A stretch of DNA of 64,000 nucleotides from Epithemia pelagica. Its lineage: Eukaryota; Protista; Bacillariophyta. A model generated the notes under the pieces. It was given only the letters and a program-made list of their open reading frames with translations. It did no database searches and was not told the origin of the DNA. Each line of letters opens with the position of its first letter. Positions within the stretch are counted from its first letter, which is position 1. The position numbers and the translations under genes are program-made. Positions 24,450 through 36,229 of this stretch are shown piece by piece. The stretch is from NCBI GenBank assembly GCA_946965045.2, contig OX337235.1, positions 2,356,001 through 2,420,000 on the forward strand, given 5' to 3'.

Positions 24450-26135
24450 ATGGGCACATCAAATGCACAAATGAAAAAAATGTGCGAAAGCTCTGATTCA
24501 GCATGGTTGGCCGTGGCTGAATCGTTGGCATTGGAGTACGCGAGGGGCTCTTGCTCGCACTCCTCCTTGGGACAACAACAGCCTCTTGTCGTCATTTTGT
24601 TAACGGAAACCCAACAAGCATTGCAGATCACTCCAGAACTTGTCTTCTTGGCAGGTGTTGTTCAGACAGCAACAAAAATCAAAACAACAGTATCTTTTTC
24701 CCATCGTTCTCGTGAACCACACAAGACAACAAGGACGAATCAAACGGAAAAAAGCCATGTCGATACAAGTAGTTTGATCGAAGAACAACACCAAATTAAA
24801 TTTTTGTTTCATCATCTGCAAAAAGTGTATGTCAAACAGATTCAAACTCTGGGGCTTGATTCGAGGCGAGCTGAGGTACCCACACAAGTGGATCACATGG
24901 ATGAGAAGGAAGATAATGACAGCTTGTATCATTGGAGTCCGACGCTTTGCCCTCAAGCGTCGGTTCAATCAGAAATTGAAGAATTGATGAAACAGCGCCT
25001 GGAACAGAGAGCCGAGGAAACAGCTCAAGCTTTGATGCTACAAGAAGAGAAACGTAACAAAGCTCAGTCACGAAAACGACAGCAACAAAAGAACAGAAAA
25101 AAACAACGACAAAGACATGCCAACCGTACTGCGACTGTCAACCCAGTCGATGTTAGTCCTTCCGAATCCAACAGCATGACAAGTACTGAACAAAACGACG
25201 ACGTCGAATCGATAGGGAGCTATTGGGAAACGACCAAACTGAAAGTGGGGATTGACACAGTTGCGAACTCGAATGAAGATGAAACTGGAGAGCAATGGAC
25301 TACCATTCGAAAAGCATCCAACAACCGTCGTAGAGAACCGTCAACAATAAAGCCTTCATCGCTGTTCGAAGCACGGATCACGATGAGCACCGAGGCCTCG
25401 TTCCCACCGTCGTCTCCGGAATTCACACCACCTGTGGCCTCTAAGAGGGGTCACCAAATTTTTGACGTTGATTCATCAAATGAAAGTGACTCCCCTATGA
25501 CGAAAACTACAGACGTCGACAAAAACAAGACCGCGAAAGGGACATATCTTGAATCATCCCCACCCGAGCTTTCTTCCATGACACCACCTCGCGTTGCGAC
25601 CAATAGTTAGCCTATGAATGACGAAAAGGATGCCAGTGCCATCGATATTACCAAAACACCCACATATGGAAAAACAACAATGGCTGACAAGGCAGGTCGC
25701 CCTACAGAGAAAACAGAAGATGCGGCTTCCAGTGACACCAACGTCAAGGTCACTCAGTTACAGCAACATGTGCAGTATTTGGAAACCCAGCTTGCCCAGT
25801 ATCAACGTTTGTTGGAACAAGAACGGATTCGAGGTGAAAAACTGTACCGAGAGGAGAAAGAGAGCTCACAGGAACGCATTCAAGCCCTACAATTACGATT
25901 GTACATCGCAGAAACCCGTCTCAAAGTGTTTGAAGATGCCCTACAACAGCATGTTGACACAGTCCATGAAAACGTCGCCCATTCTAGCAAGCAGCACCTT
26001 GAGACGTCTCCACGAGGCATGCGAACTACTTCTCTACTATCTTCTTCGCCTTCAGAGACAAGAATTCATGGTCCTCGTGTCCCTACACAAAAGGACTCGT
26101 CGCTGGAGCATCGTCCTTTGTACTCCCGGAGCTAA
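24450..26135 (+). CDS. Hypothetical coiled-coil protein, split by one in-frame TAG (25608-25610)
   Basis: ORFs 24450-25610 and 25614-26135 share a frame; both have Q/E/R/K-rich coiled-coil segments. Confidence 0.6.
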
Positions 26136-26404
26136 TTCAAATGAAAGAAAGAACGACAAATGTCGAAAGAAAGGTTTATGACACACTCCGGTAATTACAG
26201 AGATGGAATCGGGAATCTGGCTAGAGACAAAAAATGATGGTATCACGTCGCTTCGTAAACAACCGATGTTGTGCCCAACCTCCGCCTTGTGAGGGAAGGA
26301 ACTTCACCTCTTACATATCCTGATTGGAAATGCACCAGAACTCTCAAAGCATCCAAATTTGCACCGGTGTAATGTCTTATATCATATTACGACACGGCTG
26401 ATCA

Positions 26405-27565
26405 TCAAGAAGAATTGCCATGCTCAGAATCGGGCAGAAGGTCTGCACTAGTGTCAGGTAACTTATCGCGTATGTTCATCATGGTGTCCATCCATCCAAG
26501 CTCTTTTATGAGTTCCAAAAGAACTTCATCGCAGTTCCCTTGAAGGAAGAGGTCTCGCGAGGACTCCGTGTTGGATTTTGGTGAACAATCAAATCCAAGC
26601 TCTTCACCTGCTGGTTCACGATTAATGAGGACTCGTACTGCTGTTTCAGGAACTCTGTAAACCAATGAATTAGCGGGAGACACAACCAACGATGTCCCGG
26701 CTATGAGCAAAAGATCAGTGGTGGGCATATCTTGGTCTGGTTTTTCAAAGAATTCCACTGGGAGGTTTCGCCCAAATAGGACCGTCGTGGGTTTCACCGT
26801 AGGTTGTTTGCAGTTTTCGCATAAAATATTGGTCGATTCCTTTGGTGCAGATTCGTCGATGTTGTAAAGGTCTTTGACATTAGTACGAACCTTGTAGCAA
26901 AAATCACTGAACATCATGGAGTGATCACATAACTCGCACGACACACTCGCTATCGTTCCGTGGACGTCCACAAGCTTATCAATAGGTAGATTGTCAAGTT
27001 GATAAAAGAGACCATCAATGTTTTGAGTGTACAGACGTGTCAATTTATCAGTTTTCTGTTCGAGAATGTCAAAGAACCAATGCCCCAATGTCGCTCTCCA
27101 TTTTTGCTCTTGGGTTCCCAGGACGAAAGGACGACGAAGCTCGAGGTAAGGAAACTGGTTCATCCGAAAAATATCCCACGATACGGCATAGGTAGGATCA
27201 CGTTCCATCAACTTGCGTTCTCGCGCTGAAGCTGTGACTAGTTCTGGGCGAAGAGTGTCGTACATCCCACCAGGCGATCGAAAATCTGGAATCCCCGATG
27301 CCACTGAGATTCCAGCTCCTGTCAAAACGCCAATGGATTGGCACTCATCCGACAAAATGTACTTGGCTAAGGATGGAATATCTTTCGGATACCGAGGAGA
27401 ACTTGGCTCCTTTGGCTTGATCATTGTGCGAAGTTGTTGCCACCCCATTGACGACTCAACGCGCATTTCGTTTGCCTCATGAAATAAATGCGAACCCGCT
27501 GTCACCGTGGTGCAAAATCGAACCCAGCAGTACCCATGCAATAGAATCCAAAAATAGATCTCCAT
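26405..27565 (-). CDS. Sir2-family NAD-dependent deacetylase (class I, SIRT2/Hst2-like)
   Basis: GAGISVASGIPDFRS, TQNIDGL, HG, Zn pairs CELC and CENC, KPTTVLFG, GTSLVVSPA. Confidence 0.93.
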   Translation of the reverse strand: MEIYFWILLHGYCWVRFCTTVTAGSHLFHEANEMRVESSMGWQQLRTMIKPKEPSSPRYPKDIPSLAKYILSDECQSIGVLTGAGISVASGIPDFRSPGGMYDTLRPELVTASARERKLMERDPTYAVSWDIFRMNQFPYLELRRPFVLGTQEQKWRATLGHWFFDILEQKTDKLTRLYTQNIDGLFYQLDNLPIDKLVDVHGTIASVSCELCDHSMMFSDFCYKVRTNVKDLYNIDESAPKESTNILCENCKQPTVKPTTVLFGRNLPVEFFEKPDQDMPTTDLLLIAGTSLVVSPANSLVYRVPETAVRVLINREPAGEELGFDCSPKSNTESSRDLFLQGNCDEVLLELIKELGWMDTMMNIRDKLPDTSADLLPDSEHGNSS

Positions 27566-27802
27566 TCAAGTGATCGTAACAGTTGCCATTGTGATCGCTT
27601 AGGCGAAACATCAAAAAATCAAGAACCGAATCTTTCGATGCTATAGTTGCTATGTGGTTGCTATGTGGTGGAGGGGTAAGTCAACTTGATTCCTACGCTC
27701 CGAGAGTGTCCTAGGACTAGTTGACGGAAAACAACAAAGCAATCTCAAAACTGAAAGCTCACGAGTTTCTTTTCGTAAAGAAACAAAATTGGAACACGAT
27801 GT

Positions 27803-28741
27803 CTAAGAGGCCTCTTTGACATCACTATGTAGATCCAACCCGAGCGAGGATATTTTGCGACTCCATCCCGACGGACTGTTTAGAGTGTGTACATAGCGAC
27901 AGTTCCGTGTCGTTGTCATATCATTGTTGGCATCTAACTTTTCGTACGAGATCAAACCCCCACCAGAGAGAAAGGGCAAAAGAATAATGGGATCGCGTGA
28001 GGGGAGAATGACGCGCTTGCAAGGGCCCACCTGATCCGATGAATTTGCAACTCTTAAGTCTTGACTCATGGTCTTGATCGCTGCTTCCAGTGCATGCGAG
28101 ACGAGTTCTGTGGGTGTCATGTTTTGAGCTGGATGTGGTATCCGCGAAGCCTTGGCTGCTGCAGAAATGGATATCGATGGGGGACAGAGGTTATAACGTC
28201 CATAGCATTTGGGGATTTCTCTCCACGTCCAACATTTCCACAGAATATAAAAGATTGGGACAACCAGAGAAGCCTCTCCTGGACAAGCAAAGATGTGGGA
28301 TACAATGTCTGGACCAAGAAACAGTCCTGCATCCAAGGCAGCAATCGCTTCTGACCATGGATCTTCAATGGATCCGTTCAACAACGGTTCTGGGTCAATC
28401 CGTAACGAGAAGCATTCATTTCCAGAAGTCTTGAAAGGCCTATCGAAACTCTGCGCGTCCTCGTTGCACCGTGCTTCTCGCTCGCTCTTGACGAGGAGAG
28501 CGAGACGACGAATCCGTTTCTGCCGGACGTCCAGCCTTGTGCGAACACGATTGTCACAGTCGAGAGTGGACCACAACGGAACTCGTGCCACAACAGTTGA
28601 ATCGATAAAGCCGTCGACCAAATTGCCTACATCATTGTTGTTTATTTCATCCAGCTGCACATCTTTCACCACGACTGTTTTGTCGCTTGATGACATATCT
28701 CTGTTTTCCGTCAACAGAGAAAGTTTGGTTGTTGTCTGCAC
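27803..28741 (-). CDS. Hypothetical protein
   Basis: 312-aa ORF (probable ATG at MSSSDK) with a globular-looking C-terminus GGGLISYEK...YVHTLNSPSGWSRK. Confidence 0.6.
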   Translation of the reverse strand: MQTTTKLSLLTENRDMSSSDKTVVVKDVQLDEINNNDVGNLVDGFIDSTVVARVPLWSTLDCDNRVRTRLDVRQKRIRRLALLVKSEREARCNEDAQSFDRPFKTSGNECFSLRIDPEPLLNGSIEDPWSEAIAALDAGLFLGPDIVSHIFACPGEASLVVPIFYILWKCWTWREIPKCYGRYNLCPPSISISAAAKASRIPHPAQNMTPTELVSHALEAAIKTMSQDLRVANSSDQVGPCKRVILPSRDPIILLPFLSGGGLISYEKLDANNDMTTTRNCRYVHTLNSPSGWSRKISSLGLDLHSDVKEAS

Positions 28742-28844
28742 TGGGTGGAGTGCCTGACTTCAGCGACCGACATTGGAGGTGCGACCGAGCCGCCTCGTCG
28801 CGAGGCGAGCATCCGATTTTGTTCCCATCGGCATTACGATTCGG

Positions 28845-29078
28845 ATGGTAACACCGGTATAGTACAAAAGAACATCATCGTCCCGGATGATTTGGCATTC
28901 ATCACCGTTGTATTCTACAGGACGGCCATCAAACTTCCCATAGAGAACAGAAACACCTTCTATAATAGGATTTGTAATCCTGACACCCGTAAAAGGATGT
29001 ATTTTGCCTGGTCCTCTGTCGGTCTCTCTTTTGCCTGATCAGGAAGAAGAATCCCTCCGGCAGTGGCTGTCAAGGTAT
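28845..29078 (-). pseudogene. 234-bp duplicated internal fragment of the CPN20 gene (source 18207-18459)
   Basis: Direct alignment by eye: near-identical, with a few substitutions and a 19-nt deletion between two GTCC motifs. Confidence 0.95.
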
Positions 29079-29267
29079 ATAGGCATTGCGCTAGAATATC
29101 AGAAAGCAACTTGGATAACCCTGTTCACAAGCTATCTTTGCAAAAATGCCCCTTGTCATCCCTTTTGGTCTTCGTTTTTGTGTGTGATGTTGAAACCAAA
29201 CCCCAGAAACAGTCCCAGAACGCACGCAACTGGATTCTCGCCATGATGCAACTATTGCAGGCTTTGG

Positions 29268-30745
29268 CTATGGCTGCAGTGACACAAACTCTTCCGTCTC
29301 GGTACGCATTTGCATCCGACATCTCGTGTAGTTGTCTTCAAAGTACAGATTGCACCTGTTAGGATCTATCTGAGCCCCGCTACCTCGCTTTGGAGGCCGG
29401 CAGTCAACAACAAGATACTGTCTAGCTTTCACCTCACGATACTTGCCGGTGTGCGAGTGAAAACGAGCCAAGTGCTCACCTATTTTGTCTCCGTTGCGAA
29501 GCAGCTCCACGCACCACTGAAGATGACCATCAACGTAAAAATCTAGCTCTCCACTTATTTCCTCCCCACTTGAATCAACCGCCCAGGTGTTTAATTCCGG
29601 TATCAAGAAATTGTCAACAGTTAGGTGCATAGACATTGCCTCATTGAAAAAATGTTTGAATGCGGCCTCTTTCGGGAAACCTTGATTGACACTGTTTCTC
29701 AATCGCGACGTGGACAGCGAGGCAACCGATGATCGCACAAGTTCATCCAGATTGTTGGGAAGGACGCCAGCTCGGCGTGGGAAGCAGGTTTGGTTGTAGA
29801 ACCACTGCGCAGCCGCACAAGAAAAGTGACCGGTTTCCGTCAGCATGCCACTTCGAATATAAGGAACAAGCATGGGGTCTTTTGTTGTTGTCTCTTTTGA
29901 TTTGGGGTAAAGGATGGCAGCGACAATTCTGGTACGCCCTTCTTCAGGAAGGCGTTCTGGTATGAAACACCTTTCCAGGAATGTGACAAAGCTTCCGGAA
30001 CGGAGTGATGCAGCTGCCTCGTTTTCGTCGACATCATCAGATATGCTCTTTCGCCTGTGTTCGAGCAAGAACAGCCCGTATGATGACCCCGATATGATAT
30101 TTGTTGTCATTCAGCTTGCTTAATATCTTGAGGTTTTGTAAAAACAACTCAAGACGTTCGCCCTTATCAACGTGCATTGCAAAGAGCTCATCCACCTCAA
30201 CTCCCGATATTTCAGTTTTCCGAAAGTGAGGCAACGTCGCGAACACGACCGGTGATTAAGGGGTGGAGAGATCATAAGTAGCCGCAACGATGACAAAGCA
30301 GCGACCAAAAGAAACTTGAGGCAGCCCTTTCATCAAAAATTGCCAAAAGGGCCAATACTCTTCTTTGTACCAATTCTGTGCGTCGTCCAGGAGCAACCAT
30401 GTGTTTCGGACATTTTCCATGTCGTCTTCATCCGCGGTAAATCCGACCTGATTCAGTTTCCCTTTTACTTCTCCTATTGTTAAGTAGCCGGTTAGATGTA
30501 GCTTCTTCGTGGTGGCGCCCTGGCGACGCAGCTCTTGTTGGACAAGCTGCAGCAAGGATGTTTTTCCGGTAGCGGGCGGAGAAGCGAGGATGACATACTG
30601 CTTGCTTCGAGCCAATTCATATTTCTTTCACGGCATCCTTTCTCTTCAGATGTTCTCTATCGATTAGAATGCCATCGTTGCGAAGCAGCGGTCTCGTTTC
30701 GCTGTTGCTGGAGGCTTGAGATTCTCCTTCAGCTTGGGAGACCAT
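29268..30745 (-). pseudogene. Crinkler-type P-loop NTPase + PD-(D/E)xK nuclease, disrupted
   Basis: Walker A SPPATGKTS, Walker B LLLDDAQ, nuclease motif GELDFYVDG...WCVELLRNG...EHLARF. Lesions: frameshift near 30620, TAA at 30256-30258, frameshift near 30080. Confidence 0.75.
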
Positions 30746-31440
30746 GGTGGCTGGCAAAGTATTCCTTACTCCATGACGTGGAGTTTTGTGGGGTGCGCGA
30801 GGTCGTGAGTCGTGAACGTTGCATTTGTGTTGGGCAAGACGTTATAAGCGCCCTTGTATTCTTATTGGGATGGTTTGGGACCGCATGTTTTGATCGAATT
30901 TGAACACAACGAACAACGAGTACAATACAATACGAGTATTGAGTATGGGATCGACACGCTCGCGCCATTTCCCCCGATGCGCCGGCTTTCGAAGGAGCGC
31001 GACCGCAACGGATAATATACCCCCACCAAACCCCAAACGCCAAGCGCCTAACACTTCTTCCCACAAGCAACCAAAAACCAAACTGTGACACCAACACCCA
31101 GACGTTCCACCAAAAAACCGCACAGAAGACCATCGAAACCAATCATTATCAGCAAAGCCAGACTCGTCCAGACTCTCCCGAATAGAAGCCATAAAAGCGT
31201 CAAAGAGTAAGTTCTAATGATAGTTGGTGGCATTTTTGTGGTTCAGAGATGGACCATCTCGTTCGTTGCCGTTGTGTGTGGGACTCTGTCCCGTTCGTGT
31301 TTTCCGGCGTTCGCGAAAGCCGATGAAGGTGGAAACGTGGATGAAACATATCTTTTCAAGTTGCTGTGTCGCTGAACTTCCTTTGTTTTGCATCTGACCA
31401 CTGTTTTCCTTGAATGTTTCAAAAGCAGATCTCTTCCACG

Positions 31441-32913
31441 ATGAGTACCACTTCCAGCGCGACTGTGACAAACAACAAAAAGGAAGAACATGCTTCCCCT
31501 CAGACTTTGGCTTCCTTCCCTGTGGAACACGACCACGAAAAGGATGTGCCTGTTGAACACCAACTAACTCATTTGCAGAGAAGTATGGGTTGCCCCCCTG
31601 GTGCTGGTGCTTCATACCGTCCAGCCAATGCGGTGCCGTTTCCCCGAATCGATTCCTTTGGGATGGAACAAGACGCCTTCCCAATGTCACAGCAACCCGG
31701 ACCACACGACTGGATCTTGCAAAGCCTGAAAGGCCAGGTCGAGTTCTATTTCTCGTATGAAAACCTCCTGCGTGATGATTTTATGGTGAACCAATTGATG
31801 TTCCATGGTGGTACCGTTCCTTGCCTTTTAGTCGGAAGCTTTCCTCGGGTACGCGAAATTCTTGGGGGTGGATCAGCCCCACCTCAGCTCTTGCACGAAG
31901 CCTTGCAATTTTCGCCACTTGTTCGTGTCTACGGCGCTATTCTGGTCCCTGTCACAGATGCTCTTCAACAGGCCTTGTATGTACGACGCCAAAACCATTG
32001 CTTCCGTCCTCAACAGCAGTATGACATTTCGTCCATCTCGCGCTACTCTCCCACGACCACATCGATTACCGATGATACGACTGCCTCTTCTCAAGCCACT
32101 GTGCCAAAAGAGACACCAGTCGCGTTCAAGCCCTCTGGCCCGAAACCTGATTTCGAATATTCTCCGCGGGATGCTGCCATTACGGGAGCAAAAACGAGCT
32201 CGCATGTGATCGCCCCGGTACAACCACCTGTCCAGAACTCATCCGTTGAATGGGCTGTCGAGTCCCCACAACCGCAATATGCCTACGTTTACAATTCCTA
32301 TGCCAACAATAATAACCAGAATCAGGTGGTTCCCTATGGATACACGGTCACGGCTCCCGCTGTTGTCTCACCTCCGGATGCCATGACTGATCTTTTGGGC
32401 GATAACAACCTCAATGGACCTTCACAACACAATTACCGCCGCTTCAAAAAGAAGAAAAGCAACTTCTACCGTCTCAAGAAACGCCAAGCTCGACTAGAAA
32501 GCAACCAAGCACAGTCCAACGAAACGAACCACAACCGCGGCAAAAGCGGTTCTCTTGAGGAACACCAAGAGCCCAAACAAGACCGCAAGAAGCATAACAA
32601 CAAGAAATTTAATAACAATGAACAACAGCTCACCAAAGAGTCGAACTTGGATGGAGCGAATCCGCCTAATAATTACCACAACAAGAACAATCCCCGCCAG
32701 CATTCCGATTGTCACCAAAGCCCCCTCTCTGCGAACCCGAAGCAGACTCGGAAACAGCGAAACCACGGTAAACAGAATCGTGGAGGAAACAACAAGAGCA
32801 ATAAGACAGTGTCCACCTGGACCAACGACGATTTCCCGTCTCTGCAAAAGATTCCTGGTGACAACCAGAATGATACACTCGTCGCTGGTTTGCAAGGTAT
32901 TTCCTTGGAGTAA
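31441..32913 (+). CDS. La-motif (LARP-like) RNA-binding protein
   Basis: LKGQVEFYFSYENLLRDDFM...SFPRVR La domain; N/K-rich disordered tail. Confidence 0.8.
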   Translation: MSTTSSATVTNNKKEEHASPQTLASFPVEHDHEKDVPVEHQLTHLQRSMGCPPGAGASYRPANAVPFPRIDSFGMEQDAFPMSQQPGPHDWILQSLKGQVEFYFSYENLLRDDFMVNQLMFHGGTVPCLLVGSFPRVREILGGGSAPPQLLHEALQFSPLVRVYGAILVPVTDALQQALYVRRQNHCFRPQQQYDISSISRYSPTTTSITDDTTASSQATVPKETPVAFKPSGPKPDFEYSPRDAAITGAKTSSHVIAPVQPPVQNSSVEWAVESPQPQYAYVYNSYANNNNQNQVVPYGYTVTAPAVVSPPDAMTDLLGDNNLNGPSQHNYRRFKKKKSNFYRLKKRQARLESNQAQSNETNHNRGKSGSLEEHQEPKQDRKKHNNKKFNNNEQQLTKESNLDGANPPNNYHNKNNPRQHSDCHQSPLSANPKQTRKQRNHGKQNRGGNNKSNKTVSTWTNDDFPSLQKIPGDNQNDTLVAGLQGISLE

Positions 32914-33311
32914 GAGGGGACCTTTGAGTCCACTTTCTGTGTTTTGTTTATAATCAATCTACATATTCATAAGCTGCGTATACAACGAAGAATCGAAGAA
33001 AAACATTTCCATAAACTATAAACTAGAAAAATACAAAAATTCTGCGAAAGACTTTCTTGGGGGAGCTGAACATCCACTCGAGACCGAAACAGGACTTTAG
33101 GCAACTATGAAAACGGATGGGTGATCGTCGTGAGTGGATGATAAACGACATTGTGAAGGTTTTGAGGTTGGAATACCAAGTGTAAGAATAGGTCGATGAG
33201 GTTTAATTGTAAACCTGATCCACCTTCCGTGCCAAGTTCTTATGTGCATACAATCAACTTTCACATTGAAACATGTCCCATGATTTAAGGGACAGAGTTC
33301 TCATCCGACAG

Positions 33312-34244
33312 TTACTCCTGGAGCAATGTTCTTGATTGAGCTTGGGCGATGGCGCATCCAAACAACCTTGCTGGACGACTGATGCTTTGACATGCCAGCC
33401 GAATGGCGTTTTCTTGATGCAACAAAGCCGATCGATTGTTGCTCAATGGTCGTTGTCGAATGCGTTCCACTACTTGGAGAATTGTCCGTCGCCGCATAGC
33501 TCTGTCTACACCGTGGGATTGGAAAATTTGACATTCCAGGCCCATCACCGATGTTGTCGTGTTGTAGAGGGACTGCAAAGCAGCATCCTGTTCGGAATTC
33601 AAAACAGTTTGCTTGCTTGATTCTGCTTTGGCTTTGCTACACGTCTTGTAGGCTTTCTCCAAGCTTGCCATTGGGTGGTCCTTTAAATCATTCCACTCTT
33701 CTCTTATAAGAGAAGATTCCACACGAGCTTGTTGTTCGAATTGGTGAATCTCACTGGCACTGAACCATTGATCGTCCAAATTGAGAGCAGTATCACACTC
33801 TCGGTTTTCGTAATAGATATTCTCATCTTCACAGAAACGCACTCCTGCACAACCTGTGCTGCATCCTGTGCTGTGGTCATCATCCCATTGGTGATCTGCA
33901 ACACTTTCTTTGTCAAAAAACGAGCAAGCAGATGATGCGTCGTTGTCATCGTCCCATATCTGAGGGATTTCAATGACCATTCCAGTGAATCTACGTAGAT
34001 GTTGAGCGAGTGGCATATTCCTGGTCACTCCTGGCTGATTCCTTCTTCCAGTTGAACCGCAATAGCGACTTTGTGCCATGCAATCTTTTTGTGAGAGAAT
34101 TGGGAGAGGGAAGAGGGAACCACAAAATCCCGATGTCGTGGGTCGTTTCAGACGAATAGACACCCAAGATACCGTTGAAACCACCCAATCCTCGCGGCCA
34201 TGAACAAACGGGTGTGAGTTGTGAGCGTGACTCTTCCTATCCAT
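33312..34244 (-). CDS. Hypothetical protein of a common diatom-type family
   Basis: 310-aa ORF with VRFCEDENIYY...WFSASEI and C-terminal SRPARLF; start uncertain. Confidence 0.65.
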   Translation of the reverse strand: MDRKSHAHNSHPFVHGREDWVVSTVSWVSIRLKRPTTSGFCGSLFPLPILSQKDCMAQSRYCGSTGRRNQPGVTRNMPLAQHLRRFTGMVIEIPQIWDDDNDASSACSFFDKESVADHQWDDDHSTGCSTGCAGVRFCEDENIYYENRECDTALNLDDQWFSASEIHQFEQQARVESSLIREEWNDLKDHPMASLEKAYKTCSKAKAESSKQTVLNSEQDAALQSLYNTTTSVMGLECQIFQSHGVDRAMRRRTILQVVERIRQRPLSNNRSALLHQENAIRLACQSISRPARLFGCAIAQAQSRTLLQE

Positions 34245-34776
34245 CCGTCATCCGTGTCCAACGGAGATTCTTGCTCATAACGTTTCATTCACACGTCTAA
34301 AAAAGGAGTAGTATCCATAATATACTTAGCAAGCTTTTAACGGAAATGTGACATGAGTACTTAAACAAAAGAGCGCGCCGTGTTCGTGTCTGCGCGGATA
34401 TTGACGGAGGCATCATTCTTGCTTAAGGCGCGACACGCATGGAGTTGCATTCGTGCTCGTATGAATAGATCCTCCTCCTACGAGTACTTAGAAGCCAATA
34501 TGTCTAGATATCCGAATTCCCGCCGAAAAGAAGATTTGGAGAAGAGAGTGAGAGTGAGAAGGGCCTGTTGATTATTGATTGACCAATGACCAAGCCCAAG
34601 CCCAGTCTTCCCCCTAATCATACCCCCTAATGGAAAGATATATAGAAGTGACCCCCTTTTTCATGCAGGTGACGCAAGTCGTATCTTTCGTTTCGTCGTC
34701 GATGATCGCAAATCCACTTTAGTGAGAAATTGCAAATTGCAACAGAAGACAATTGACCGTGTCCAACAAGGAGCCA

Positions 34777-36110
34777 TGTCGACTAGCTTCTTTCCTTCGA
34801 TCGATAAAATCGAGTATAAAGGGAGCGATTCCAAGGATCCCCTGAGTTTTCGGCATTACAATGCCGATGAAGTTGTTATGGGCAAGCCTATGAAAGAGTG
34901 GCTGAGATTCTCCATTTGTTTCTGGCACACCTTTGTCGGCGCTGGCGGCCAAGATCCGTTTGGTGCCAAGACCCTCAAGCGCCCGTGGGAAACGCCTGAT
35001 GTGGTCGACGATCCAATTGCCTTGGCCAAACGACGCATTGACGTTGCCTTTGAACTCATCACCAAGCTTGGTGTTGAATTTTACACTTTTCACGACGTTG
35101 ACGTGTCCCCGGAAGGCGGCAGTATTGAAGAGTACATGAAGAACATCGATATCATTTCCGACTATATGTTGGAGAAGCAGAAGGAAACGGGTGTGAAGCT
35201 CTTGTGGGCAACTCAGAACTTGTTTACCCATCCTCGATACATGAATGGTGCCATGACCAACCCTGACCTCCATGTGTTTTGTTACGCTGCCGCTCAAATT
35301 CAAAAGATCATGGATATCAATTACAAGCTAGGAGGTTCAAACCATGTATTTTGGGGTGGTCGAGAAGGATTCTCGTCCTTGTTGAATACAGACGTGAAGC
35401 AGGAATGCGACCATGCTGCCGCCATGTACAAAATGGCGGTGGACTACAAGGCCCGCAAAGGGTACACGGCTCAGTTTCTGATTGAGCCAAAGCCGCGTGA
35501 ACCGTGCAAGCATCAATACGATTATGATGCACAGACGACCATGGCTTTCTTGCACGAGTATGGACTTTCGGAGCACTTCAAGCTCAACATTGAACCTAAC
35601 CATACAACCCTCGCCGGACACTCCCCCGAGCATGACATTGCATTTGCGTCTGCGTATGGAATGCTGGGATCTGTTGACTCGAACACTGGGGATACTCTCT
35701 TGGGATGGGACACGGATCAGTTTCCTATGAATCTTCAGGACACTGCTTCGATCATGCAGGTAATTGTCCGTCAAGGAGGATTCGTGACAGGCGGACTCAA
35801 CTTTGACTGCAAAGTCCGTCGTGAATCGGTGGACCCGGTCGATTTGTTTTACGGACATATTGGTGCCATGGATTGCTACGCTTTGGGTCTTCGCAAAGCT
35901 GCCCAGATGGAAGCGGAAGGTGAAATTCGAAGCATGGTAGAAGAACGATACCTTTCATGGCAAGCGGAAGATCTTGGAAAGAAGATTGCGGATGGAAAAG
36001 CTACGTTGGAGGAGTGTGTTGAATATGCCAAGACCAAAGGAGAACCTGAGCTGAAATCTGGGAGGCAGGAGGCGTATGAAATCATCCGCAATCGGTATCT
36101 TTATAGTTAG
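34777..36110 (+). CDS. xylA: Xylose isomerase (class II), intronless
   Basis: FWHTF, TFHDVD, WGGREG, IEPKPREP, NIEPNH, GWDTDQF and GGLNFD motifs. Confidence 0.95.
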
Positions 36111-36229
36111 GCACAATTGATCACAGTGAACCAGTCTACAGCTTCCACACATGAAACCAATTCGACATCCGCTTAATCTCCAATTCACATATTCGTAAAA
36201 TAGTTATTGCACAATGTGGTTTGCCAAAT

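Noticed and set aside
28790-29095. Helitron capture of the CPN20 fragment (hairpin at ~28793-28809, CTAG at ~29091)
   Set aside because: The hairpin is ~280 bp from the CTAG rather than just upstream, and no Rep/helicase is present.
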